A stretch of 64,000 nt of DNA from Chara braunii (Eukaryota; Plantae; Charophyceae): contig BFEA01000033.1 of assembly GCA_003427395.1 (NCBI GenBank), forward strand, positions 3,053,913-3,117,912, given 5' to 3'. The number at the start of each line of letters is the position of its first letter. Within the stretch, counting starts at the first letter, position 1. Both the position numbers and the translations under genes were made by a program. Positions 50,800 through 62,993 of this stretch are shown here, piece after piece. The notes beneath the pieces were generated by a model, which did not search any database, had not been told where the DNA came from, and saw only the letters and a list, made by a program, of their open reading frames with translations.

Positions 50800-53066
50800 C
50801 GACCACCAGAGAACGACTCGCCCGTTCCTCGCAGACTGGAAACCACCCAAAACGTGTGCAGAGAGTCCCTTCTAACCCGCGCTCGGAACACCCCCATCAC
50901 CGACTGCGAAGGGCAGGTAAGTCGTCATCTCTCCTCCTTTCTCCTTCCCTTCCTTCTTCTTCTTCTTCTTCCTTCCTACTACTTTCCCATTAGCGCGGTC
51001 CCTACTCCCCCTTCCACCTCTTTCTTCCTTCTCCTTCTTCCTCCTTTTCTTCTTCGTTCGCCTTCTTCTTCTTCCTTCCTCTTCTTCTTCTTCTTCCTCT
51101 CCTCCTTCCTTCTTCTTCTTATTTTTCTTCCTCTCCTCCTTCCTTCTTCTTCTTATTTCTTCTCGTTCGCTCACTTCCCTCTCTTCCGTGCGACCACCTC
51201 GTTTCCTCCGCATGGTGGCTTCTTTCGTGCTGCTCCGGGCGCTCTACCTTGCTCTTCTCGCTCTCTCATTCTCCCTCTGTGCGCAACCCTCTCCAGATAC
51301 CTCTCACTCTTCTTCTTCTTCTTCTCCTTCTCTTCTTCTTCTTTTGTATTCTTTTTCTTTTTCTTCTTCTTCCTCCTTCTTCTTCTTCCTCCTCCTTCTT
51401 CTTCTTCTTCTTGTTCTTCTTCTTGTTCTTCTTCTACTCCTTCCCGCTCGCCTCATTCCTCTCTCCTCCAAGCCGTGCTCCTCTTCTTCTCTTTCGCGCG
51501 CCCTCTTCTCCTCTTTCACTTGCTCCTCTCATTCTTCTCCGAGCGCTCCTGTGCCCTCCTTCGCTCGCTCCTCTTCTGCCTCTTGCAGCTTCGCTAGCCT
51601 TCGCGTCGTGGTGACGGTAGTGTCGTAGTCCCAAATCTTCTCGATGCCGTGCCGTATTCCCAGGCGGTCGGTCGTCTGCGACCTCGGGCAACCTGCTGCC
51701 CAAATGATCTACTCGGGATGAATCTGCCTTGATTCCGGAGGCAAATCCATGAATACTGAATCTAAGAATCAACAATCACGGGGCTAAAAATAAAACTAAG
51801 AAAAATAAAAATAAAAGAAAGTAAATCTAACTAATAAAAAAAATAAAAATAAGAAAAAGGAAAACGAAAATAAAATAAAAACTGCTAACCACCCTACACT
51901 GCCAAGTGTCGCAGCCCTACGACACTCGGTTTCAACTAACGAACTAACCTTACTAACTCCTATACCTAAGGTCGTGGGTTCGAATCCTGCCCGTCTGAGG
52001 GCGGGCGGAAAAGGCAGGCCCCGCCCCTCTACAACTAGCAAAAGGAGCTAGCCCGGAGGCAGGTCGGACTCGATCCCAGGATCCCTTGCATATCAGTATG
52101 TGGCTGTACATACTGGGCGAGCTCTTACCACGGTATGGTAAAGAGCCGCCTTCCTATAAGTAAATGTAGTTGGCTCGACTTTCTTAGTCTGCGTGTGTGT
52201 GCATGCTTGCTCGTCAGCGTGCCTGCCCGTATGCTTGTCGACTTGAGTATGTGTGCGACCCACAAGGACACTTGGTTGAGTAGACGGCCCGAAGGACCGA
52301 TACTTACCCGCGACTATGACATAAAAGGTTACGGCGGGGNNNNNNNNNNNNNNNNNNNNNNNNNNNNNNNNNNNNNNNNNNNNNNNNNNNNNNNNNNNNN
52401 NNNNNNNNNNNNNNNNNNNNNNNNNNNNNNNNGGCCCGCCATACTTAAGATCAGCGGAAAAACTCTAGTAGCAGGTAGGCCAGTACCACATTAAGTAGGG
52501 GCAGATGTGCCCGGTACTCGAGGCCGAGCAGAAGAAGACAAAGGTGGGCATTTTTAGAGGCCTAGTGCCTGCCGTCGCCGCCTGGTGTGGTGGCAGCATG
52601 TTTCTATCGGCCACCTCGACAGCATGGTCAAAACTTATATTATTCTTTCAGTCCGCTTTTGAGTTTACGGCGGTTCGACCCACAAGTTGTCCCATACCGG
52701 TCGGTCTGGCGTCTCTGGACTCGATCTAATCCGTTATTTCCTTACCGCCTGATCCTCAGACTGAGTTAGATCGTGGTCGACGCATCGCACGCGACCTTCT
52801 TTTGTTCTATTCCAACCCTCCGGCCCTGGCGGTAGGAGACTTTTATTTTTTCACTAACTCTTACCTGTTTTTGTATGCGCCGTATCACTGCGTATGATCG
52901 CCTAGGAATCTCGGCCTCAATGGCCGAGAAGTTTGCTTCACAGCATCAAGCCAAAAAAAATTCTCACTTTTTACCCCAGACCGTCCTCAATATGGTAACC
53001 GGCGTCGATCCTGCATCGAATGTAAAATCATGAGCAAATACCCTTGTAAGGGTGTTTGCTCCGACA
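50800..53066 (-). mobile_element. Family C LTR (contains the N gap at 52340-52432, left boundary uncertain)
   Basis: Starts TGTCGGAGC plus hairpin on the minus strand and is preceded by a purine tract. It has block homology to 32841-34212. Confidence 0.6.
52340..52432. other. Assembly gap
   Basis: Run of N. Confidence 1.
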
Positions 53067-53070
53067 GCGG

Positions 53071-53080
53071 CTCCCCTCCA
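53071..53080 (-). promoter_or_regulatory. Polypurine tract
   Basis: Minus strand TGGAGGGGAG, 4 nt before the LTR TG. Confidence 0.55.
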
Positions 53081-53265
53081 TTGACCTCGTCGTCACTCAT
53101 CTTTCTTCCCTTTTCTTTTCTTCTCTTGTTAGACTTTAGACCCTTTCAAGACACACAAACAACCATTGACCTATCTTCCGTCACTGACTTGACATTTTTA
53201 CTCTCTCTTATTAAGACCCCTATCCTACCTGTTAACGAACTCTCTATGACATAATTTTTCCCTTT

Positions 53266-54044
53266 TTAATTGTTTAGCTCGTCGAGAGGTACCCAATCCC
53301 CGTGCCAAAAACTTCTAACCATACCAAACAATGAGGGAATATCGTCTAGAAAGATCTCGATACACACTTCCTTATAGAGTTTGCGCCAATACGTCAAGCG
53401 ATCTTCTAGATGATAGGTGCGTAGATACGCATTTACGATATATAGGACATTATAGAAGTCCCTTTTCGTCAGTTTTGGCCCCATCTCTAAGTACAAACAG
53501 TAAATGACATCAGACGCTCAAACTCGAAACCCATCTCAGGCACTGATTGAGCTGCGAGTACTGCCCGTTCCACATTCTCTATTCCCCAAAATGCCTCGTA
53601 AATTATGAACTTGGGAAGGGTATCCTTACCATTTATTGTCGGATAAGTGAATTCAGTCGCCCATTTTGCCTCAATCGATCGTATGACCTCTCCTTCTTCT
53701 CCCCAGTACATTTTTCGTAAAAAAAAATCAAATACAAATCCTGCAGCTATGATGCACTTGGAAATCCGTCGGCTTTCTTTTATCGCAACGTCAATCACGT
53801 GGGCCTTCCAGAGGAGAGTTGATAGGTATAAAGTCACTCTTACTATCGCACGCCTTTCCTCCGTAGTCCAACCAGTTTCTGCCCAGAGAAAAACTTCAGG
53901 TCCTGTTGGTACTCCACACCATGTATCTATCTCTTCTCCTTCCTCCACCCCTTGTCGGGGTAACATCATCTTAATTCCTCCATCTCTCTGCTCATGCAGG
54001 TTAATTAAGAAGTATTGGCCAGCGAACCACATTCCAGGGGCCAT
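53266..54044 (-). pseudogene. Unknown ~260-aa protein, paralog 2 (one frameshift at ~53490)
   Basis: ORFs 53487-54044 and 53266-53496 join and align with the upstream paralog. Confidence 0.65.
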
Positions 54045-54139
54045 TTCATATCCTATTTACACAACCATACAAAAATAATTTTTACCTTTTAGTCGATTAT
54101 CTAATTCCTTTAGGCATAATTCCAACTTTCCTATTTCTC

Positions 54140-54870
54140 ACCTTACCATTCTTTCATAGGTCCCTAAGTGAGGAGCATCATGTCTCACTATCAGGCTGGA
54201 AAGAGGATTACCCGTCGTAATTCGTCCCAATAGTTAAACCTATTTGTCAATTTGTATCTGCGAGCGTATGAGTCGATTTGTTGTAATATGCTTAGTAACT
54301 CTCTTTCCTCAATTAGATGTCATATCTCCAGATATAAATAGTATATCAATTAAGAGGTGGACTCGTGATATTCCCCTTCGGGCACTGCCAATGCGGCTTC
54401 CGCAACTCTTTCTACTCGCGACCTTCTCCGAAGGCTTAATTTACGATAAACATAGGAAGGGTTCCTCTTAGGTATGTGGCCGGCCGAAAGAATTCACAAG
54501 CCCTTTTTACTTCCACTGTTCCTATAACTCTTTCAAACCCATTCAGATGTGCATCCCGACTCCGAGTATCGAGTGCGGACTCCGCAAACCACATTAGCCT
54601 CGAAAGAGATCGATCTATTCCTAAGGCTAAGTTTATTATGATAGCCTGCAAATATTCCAACGAAATATATAATGTAACCCTTTCTATTGCACAACTTTCG
54701 TTTTTGATCCATCCAGACTCAATCCAGACGAGGGCATGTTCTCCTATAGACTTCCCCCAACAATACCCTGCTTCCTCATTCTCCTCATGACGTGTTGGAA
54801 AATTCATCATTAGACCGCTCCTCATCTGTCTGGGCTCTCTGATCGTGAACTGGTACCGAGCAGAAGTCAT
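54140..54870 (-). pseudogene. Unknown ~250-aa protein, paralog 1 (stops and frameshift)
   Basis: Shares WxExGW..E..AI.RVTLY.S, EF..P, TLP.FI, VER, YLE and Y.L..R..YW with paralog 2. Confidence 0.65.
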
Positions 54871-55800
54871 CTTGTTCTTGTTGATATACTCCGCCTATTT
54901 ATTACACAACACAATCCAACCCACTTTCCCTTCATTTAGATATCACTAAGACTGACAGCTTTATTTGTCAAGCTCAGGATCAACCAACCACCTTTATTTT
55001 GTCACATTATTGTGCCCTTTCAGTTTTTATATAATCTTTCTATATATAGAAGCAGGATACCAACCCACAAATTTCTATCTGGCATATCAAAAACATCAAA
55101 AGTGAGATACATAATCTTTTGTCAGGCGACGTAGATTGGGAAACAACAGGAGGGTCTGGGACGTGCGACGTTGGTTGTACTGTTGATAAGCGTGGCTGAG
55201 GAAGGATCGTCAGCTGCTTCTCCTGAGCTGAGGAAGACGACGGTGTGTAAGGTCCGACGTGAGGTCGACTAGGCGGTTCGAAATGCGGTGGAGACGCGCC
55301 GTAACGCCTCTCATATTTATAGGAATAGTAAGCCATCCTCCCTGGTGAAGGAGTGCGTTCACGCCATTCCTCCTGATGCTTACATGCTCTTATCCCTTCC
55401 TCCTTCTCCCCTAGTTCTTCATTTTTTTCTTCCTCCCAATTTCCTTGTTCTTTGGTAAAATCTATGGCTCTTTAGGCTACCTTTCTTAACCTTCCGCCTC
55501 TTCCTCTCCCAGCACCGGTCCCACGACCTTTGTGTGCCATTTAAAGTGCGGACATAATTTAATTAATGTCGTCCTCGCACTTTTGTCCTCTTAACGACCC
55601 CTGATAACCTCAAATTATTCTCAGAGGACCATCTACTTTCTAAGGTGATTCTTGTCGATAGGAGCCTCACCTATACTACCAGCCCACTCTTCACATTTCT
55701 AACTCAAGTTTGAGCCTAATAAGCTTCATTTGTCGTTTTGCCTGGATCATCGACTTACCGTACCCGAGTCCGTTTACTAAGGACCTCGACTTGGAAGCGA

Positions 55801-55820
55801 GATCCCCGGCAACGGCGCCA
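55801..55820 (-). promoter_or_regulatory. tRNA-Asp primer-binding site
   Basis: Minus strand TGGCGCCGTTGCCGGGGATC is complementary to the plant tRNA-Asp 3' end (Athila-type PBS). It lies 2 nt after the LTR end ...gcgaCA. Confidence 0.92.
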
Positions 55821-56405
55821 CCTGTCGCTCGCGGCGGTACCACACCCAGATGCAAAGTAATTCTTGTGTCGGATCTCACGGTCGTGTCACGTAGGAGTCT
55901 TAGGTCATCTTAGAAAAACACCACTCCGACCGTGCGCGCGTGCTATACCTCCTGCGAATCCCTACGACAGGTTAGAGATCCCGCAAGGTACAACTTATCT
56001 CCACCCGCGGGAGATGACACCATCCCTTAGGTGGGCGTATCCCTGCTGAGCTATCGACCCACGTGCGAAGTCTTTTACATGCAATCGCGGAGGTAGGCCA
56101 TCCCATGGCGTTTTCTTGATCACCATAGCATAGGCGTACGCGCGGTAAACCGCCTTGAGACTGACCCGTAAATCGCGCCCCGAGGTGCTAACCTCCCCGA
56201 ACCGACTGTATTATCAGGTCGACCTTCCCAGACAAACTTCACGCTTTAACTATCTTTACCAATGAATCTACGTCCCTTTGTTGACCATACGAGAAATGCC
56301 AAAGTCTAAACCGTTTTATGATCTCCCATTTCTCAAGATCTCGACAGAATCCTAGACAATAATCTGCCTAAACCTAGGCCGGAGTATGACCTTATTTATA
56401 TATAT

Positions 56406-56471
56406 AGCCCCTCGTTTGTTGTCCTCTTCTCCCTCTCTGCCTACGGTTTACCGGGCAGTTCTATTTGACGA
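56406..56471 (+). mobile_element. 3'-terminal fragment of the hammerhead element in a TA run
   Basis: (TA)n-gcccctcgtttgttgtcctcttctccctctctgcctacggtttaccgggcagttctatttgacga-(TA)n. Confidence 0.75.
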
Positions 56472-57489
56472 TATATATATAAGTATATATGTATATCAGG
56501 GGGGAGCGAATGAGTGGTAGACCTCAATTTCACAATTGTGGTGCACCCTGTCCGAATATCCCAAATGTTCTCAAAAGTTCAGGAAGACAGTTCATTGTCC
56601 AACACCTGTGCAGATGCAAGAAAATCACATACACGCATACAAATGCAAAACATAGAATGCGCTACAAACGTCAACCTTTTAATCCATTCCTAGCAAGTCC
56701 TTCACTCCCCCAAAACCTGAAATAACACTTCTTCCTACTCCTGACTCTGTCGCCCCGCCCCACACTTTTCAAAGACCTTCGAGAGTGACTAGGACAGTTC
56801 AGGCTTAGACGCAGATGAAAAGATTTGTATGTCTCTTTTCTGGTTTTGTCTTAGGTGTAAGTATCCAGCCATGTGAAGGTTGAGTCAGAATTCTACCGAT
56901 CTGTTATCCAATGATGACAAAATTGCAATCTCTTACGATTCTTTCCGAGTCCGTAATTCTCTCCAAGAGCGATAAACTTGTAGGCACCACATAATCCGAT
57001 CAAAAACTTAACACCCGTCCATCGGGATCTTTGAAGATTGATTCACGACCTAGAGGTCAACCCGTACCGGTGACCTCTTTTGTCTGACTTTTATCTAACC
57101 GCCAGGCTGTCACCCTACTGGTCTAGGTAACAAACAAAGTTCACTCCCAGCTCCTCTGACCTAGTAATCAGATATAGTCTTCCCTTCTAAAGATCATTTA
57201 CCAAGCCTCATATCTTAGTACCACCAGCGATATCGTCAATTCAGCCCGGAGAGGAGTCATCAAATCAAAGTTCCAAGAATGATAAGTCTCTCAGGCCAAG
57301 ATCTCACTTATCCTCTTCTCACTAGAATCAGAAATAGCTCCTTAGTGATAGATTGATTCAGTTATACGAAAAGTTGATATTCATTGGTAGATCGATCAGA
57401 ATCTACTCATCCCTTACCGACGTCTGCTTTTGAGGTTTTTTTCCCTCCTATCTATTACTTTGCATCAGATCAAGTCAGATTGTAATAAG

Positions 57490-58262
57490 ACATGCTTCTC
57501 GGAGCCTCACTCTTCATATCACACTGATCTTTGTTATTATAGTGGTAAGGCAGGCTTCTCAGAGCCTCGCTCCTCTTACCACACATATTCTCATCAGTAT
57601 AGTGATAATGCAGGCTTCTCGGAGCCTCGCTCCTCTTATCACCTTGTTCTTATTATTGTGGTGATAAGAGAGGCTTCTCGGAGCCTCGCTTACTCTTATC
57701 ACCTTGATCCTTTGTAATTACAGTGGTAAGGCAGGCTTATCGGAGCCTTGCTCCTCTTACCACATTGATCTTTGTTATTACAGTGGTAAGGCATGCCTCT
57801 CGGAGCCTTTCGCCTCTTACCACCTTGATCCTTTGTTATTATAGTGGTAAGGCAGGCCTCTCGGAGCCTTGCTCCCTTTACCATATTGATCTTTGTTATT
57901 ACAGTGGTAAGGCAGGCTTCGTGGAGCCTCGGTGCTCTTACCACACTGTTCTTATCATTATGGTGATAAGGCAGGCTTCTCGGAGCCTCGCTACTCTTAT
58001 CACAATCGTTTTTTTTCATTATAGTGATAAGGCAGACTTCTCGGAGCCTCACTCACTCTTATCACCTTGTTGTTATCATTATGCTGATAAGGCAGACTTC
58101 TCGGAGCCTCGCTCACTCTTATCACCTTGTTCTTATCATTATGGTGATAAGGCATGCTTCTCGGAGCCTCGCTTACTCTTATCATCTTGTTCTTATCAAT
58201 ATGGTGATAAGGCCGACTTCTAGGAGTCTCGCTCACTCTTATCACCTTGTTCTTATCATTAT
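57490..58262. repeat. 58-60-bp hairpin tandem repeat, ~13 units
   Basis: Recurring gtgataaggcaggcttctcggagcctcgct..cttatcac. Confidence 0.92.
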
Positions 58263-59167
58263 TGTTCTTAACGCCCCTTGAGTCATGGGTCGTCCTGGAA
58301 ACCTTTAAGATCACGCAGGTCAGCCATACGAGACCCGTACCCCATATCTTAAAATTTTCCGCTTGATCCCCGACTGTGTTAGTTTGAACTTTTGAGAGTA
58401 CGTAGGCATAGGTCAGACGTAGGGTAAGGGTTAGTTGAGGTAATCCATCATTTCAGTATTCGATCATGCCATGCATAAATCATTCAATCCAACTGTGAAC
58501 TCCATTCCTTATCACTGGTTAGGTGGTCTATAAGCAAGGGAAGACTGCACGGAGTCAATCCCCTTGCCACCACATTCCGAAAGTATCATTCATATAGCGA
58601 GACAGTGACTCGACACTTCCCGTTCCCGCTACGTTTATCAGCAATAGTTAGTCATACCCTGTCAGACCCCTTACATGCAATCATGCTTTTCTCTCCCTAA
58701 CACAAGCATTTCCCCTTTTCCTTCGTCATCGGGCTTAGTTCTGAAGAACTCCTGACTCAAAAGTAACTTTTTTATTAATAAAGTCATAGGTAGTCACCTG
58801 AAGGTTATTGGTTTATGGTTTTAGGTTAAGGAAGAAGTATTCGTACCTCACTGTTCCTTGCCTCTAGAGTTCCTCTTGAACTCCGGCAGAGCTTCCGCAA
58901 TCGCTATGTCACTTGGAGGCGTCTACACTGACCAAGTACGGAATAGGAGTCTCTTGTGATTGAGATTTGATTTCAGCAAACCATTTGGAAAACACCATTT
59001 TTACGTTCGCCGCTTGAAAATGATTGGTGTGCGAGGGGATTAGACATAGAAAAAGCGGAGGAGGATGATGGAGGTAGAAGTTGTCACGTTTGACGACGAT
59101 CCTCCCCTCTCTACTGCCCCGCACCCTTCCCACCTCTGATTCCCATCTTAGCATATGATGTCAAATG

Positions 59168-59205
<38 letters not shown>

Positions 59206-61228
59206 CAGGAATATGAGTGTGAATGATATACAAAACCAAGTTGTGAGATCACACAGATGTCTGAGTAGTCGTATACAAACAGTGTGCACCATAATACTGA
59301 GAGTCCAACCAAACAGAGCAACATAATGAAGAAATGAGCCAATGCTCATGCCCTCAGGCCTACACCAACTTAGTATCCATGGTCACTTTCTCTGTCTGGT
59401 GCCCAATGCGCCAGCCTACTCTACTCCACTATCCTACCTACAGCTGTGCTCACGCAACAAGTTCACTTCGATCCCAGTGTTCATGATGTCAATACATTCG
59501 CCGACTGTACACCCTGGTGCCATTTTCTTCCCCCCCGCTCTCTTTGTCTCTTACACTGTATGTGTGTGTCTCTCTCTCTCTTTGTATCACTGTGTAACTC
59601 AGTCTATGTATGACTGCGTAGGTGACTGTGAATTGTGTGTCACCGTGCCTGGGTGAGTGTCACTATATGTCATAATCTGTGAGTGACTGTGCAGGTGACT
59701 GTGCATTGTGTGTCACCGTGCCTGGGTCAGCGTCACTGTATTTGTGCCTACCTATTTATCCCTGTTAGCGCCTATTCTTGTTTGTTTGATTTATATTTGT
59801 CTTCCGTTCGATGTTTGTTCGTAAGTCTGATACCGTTCTGTCGACATCTGTCTGTTTGTATGGTAGTCTCTGTTTGGCTTCCCGTTGATGTCTGTCTGTT
59901 TGTCTGATAATTTCTGTTTGGTCTGTCTGTTTTCCGCTTTTCTGTTTCTGTCTGTTTTCTGTCTGTTTTCTATCTGTTTTCTATCTGCCTTATGTCTGTC
60001 TGTATTTTGTTTGTTTTCTGTGTGTGTCTGTCTTGTCTGTACTTTGCCTCTTTTTTTGTGTATGTGTTTTATCTGTACTTCGTTTCTTTCTGTGTGTGTT
60101 TGTCTTGTCTGTACTTTGTCTCTTTATGTGTGTGTAGCAAGCAGCGTGTGGGATATCTTGCACGATCCTGTGTTGCGCAAACAGAGAGTGGTCGGAGCGC
60201 TGAGGCGCCATAGACATTCAAAGGAAGCTTGCAATTGAACTGTATTCTTATCTGCCATGTCCCTGAGCTTTGTGTTTGGATGTTTTGTCGCCAGTTTGAT
60301 GGGTCTCCTGTTTCCATACTTCTGAAGCAAAGAAGAAAACAATTCTGACTGCAGATAATAATAACAATAGTAATAATAATAAGAATAATAATAATAGTAA
60401 CATGAATAATAAAAAACAAAGAAACGAGTGATGACAACACCATTCATACGTGGGCCAGATAGACGTGACCTCGAACCAACTGCAGAATAAAAACACAGTA
60501 AATGCTCAGAATTGAGAGTGTTGGCATAGTCTCACCATCAAAACACAGAACCAGTGTCACTATCCTACGCGGCGAGACGGATGAGCGACAACGTACTTCC
60601 AATATCAACAACATCATACACAAGCGACCAGATAGTCGTGACCTTGTACCAACATCGGATTTGCATCACGAGTCTCACTAGATAAGCACACGACAAAAGC
60701 TCAGAATTGATAATGCCGACACAGTCTCATCATCATCAACACAGAACCAATGTCGTTACCCTCTATGAGCTCGATATTCAGACTATAGACGATAAATCCT
60801 ATCTTAGGCAAAAAGATGAGCAATGGCGAACTCCAGAAATCAAAGCATCATACACGCGTGTCCAGATGGTCGGGACCTCGTACCAACAACAGAATTGTGT
60901 CACGAGTCTTTCCAAATAAGAACACAGCAAGAGCACAAGATTGACTATGATGCTATAGCCTCATCATCATCAATACCGAATCAATATCGTCATCCCATCT
61001 GAGCTCGGTGCTTCATATTATAGACGACACATCCTACCTAGTCTACACTACAGTGCCGAAGATGGCGATATCAGTTTTCCCGAAGTATGAGCAGATAACG
61101 ACCAATGCCGCATGATTCCTACATCAGGTATGTCTTTCACATTATTCACAGTCTCGACCTTCAACACCGATGCCACGTGCACCCGTCCTACCGTGCATAC
61201 AATAGTAATAACAATAATAATAATAATG

Positions 61229-61271
<43 letters not shown>

Positions 61272-61548
61272 TTAATGTAAGAAAATATGAACGGTAGTGA
61301 ATTAACATATTACTCATGTGAATCAGATAGTCGTGATTTCGAACCAAAAGACGAATAACATTACGATTCTCACCAAATGAGATCACAGTAAGAGCTTATA
61401 ACTGACAATGTTAGTACAGTTTCATCATCATTAACACGAATCCAATGTCGCCATCTCATCTGGCACTCAGCACCCTGACTACAGTCATCAGATCTATCTA
61501 GTCTCTAATACGCTGTTGTCAGCCTGCATGCATAGAAAACAAGCCCAA

Positions 61549-61579
<31 letters not shown>

Positions 61580-62993
61580 GTAATAATAATAATAGTAATA
61601 ATAATAATAATAATTACCAATAATAATAATAATAATAAATCAAATAATGATAACCGAATTAATAAATGAGCAATTTCATACACCAACAATTATCGTCTTT
61701 CATATATGATCAGATAGATGTCGCCTAATAGCAGAATTGCGTCATGTGTCCCATAAAATAAGAACGAGGCAACTCCAAAGGCGATATTGTTGGAATCCTA
61801 TCATCATCATCAACAAGGAACTAATGTCGACTCCTATCTGGCACTAAGCGCCTAGACTATGAATGACAGATCCTATCTATCTATACAACAACGAACCTCA
61901 GAAGTCAACGGCATCATACACAGGTGACCAGATGGACGTGACCTCGATCCAGCATCAGAATGCGTTACGAGTCTTAGCAAAGCTCACGATTGTCAATGCC
62001 TACGTAATCACATCATCATCAGCACAGAACTGATGTCGATGTCCTACCCGGCACTCTGCGCCCTGACTACAAATGGCAGGTCCTATCTAGCCTATACTAC
62101 AATGCCAAAGATGACAACAACAGTTCGTGGAAGATGAGCAGCAATGAACTTCAGATACCAACAGTATCATAAAGTGACTAAATAGTCGTGACCTCGTACC
62201 AACAGCAGGACTGCATCACGAGTCCCGCCAAATAAGAACACAACAAAAGCTCAGAATGACAATGCTGGCATAGTCTCTTCATCATCAACACAGACTCAAT
62301 GTCGACTCCTATCTAGCAAGGAAAACGAGAGATAGCGAACTTCGGACATCAACAACATCATACACACGTGTCTAGATAGGCGTGACTTCGAACCACAAGC
62401 AGAATTGCCTTACGAGAGTCACTAAATAAGAGCACAACAAAAACCCATAATTGACAGTGCCGGAATAGTCTCATCATTATCGACACAAAACCAATGTCGA
62501 CTCCTATCTGGCGCTCGGCTCCCAAATTACAGATGGCAGATCTTATCTACCCTACAACTACAATGCCAAGGATGACGACAACAACTCTCCTGAAGTACAA
62601 ACAGATAGCGGCGAATGCCGCATGCTTCATGCCCCAGGTATGCCTCTCTTATCACTCACAATCTCGATCACGGCACAGGTGTCACGTGTATCTATCTCTC
62701 CCTCTCTCTCTCTCTCTCTCACGCACTGGCACACACACACATGTGTCGTAGTGGATATCTTGGTGTAGTAGTGGAAGATGCGATCAATTTTTTTTCTCCC
62801 CAATGAATCGATCGAAAGTACTCTTCGTTCACACACACACACATAGTAGTAATGAATATTTCAACGTTGTAGAAAAAATCTGATCGGTTTTGGCTCATCC
62901 CCTTCGATCGATGTTGGGCGAGGCCAGCCGCGGCCTTGGATCGATGATTGGGGCACACACACACACACACATAGGTAGTAGTGAATATCTCGT

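Larger units (their letters stand above)
55823..62993 (-). mobile_element. Family A giant 5' LTR (up to ~7 kb visible, interrupted at 62994)
   Basis: PBS-adjacent U5 end. It is non-coding, and its block order is shared with 44116-50600 and 14737-20155. Confidence 0.7.

Noticed and set aside
57490-58262. CRISPR-like array (palindromic ~60-bp period, also 14737-15030 and 46540-46795)
   Set aside because: Whole units are repeated with no unique spacers, there are no cas genes, and the context is a eukaryotic LTR.
44116-62993. 44116 and 55823 LTRs as the two LTRs of one intact element
   Set aside because: They are similar only in blocks, a different LTR type lies between them, and I found no TSD.
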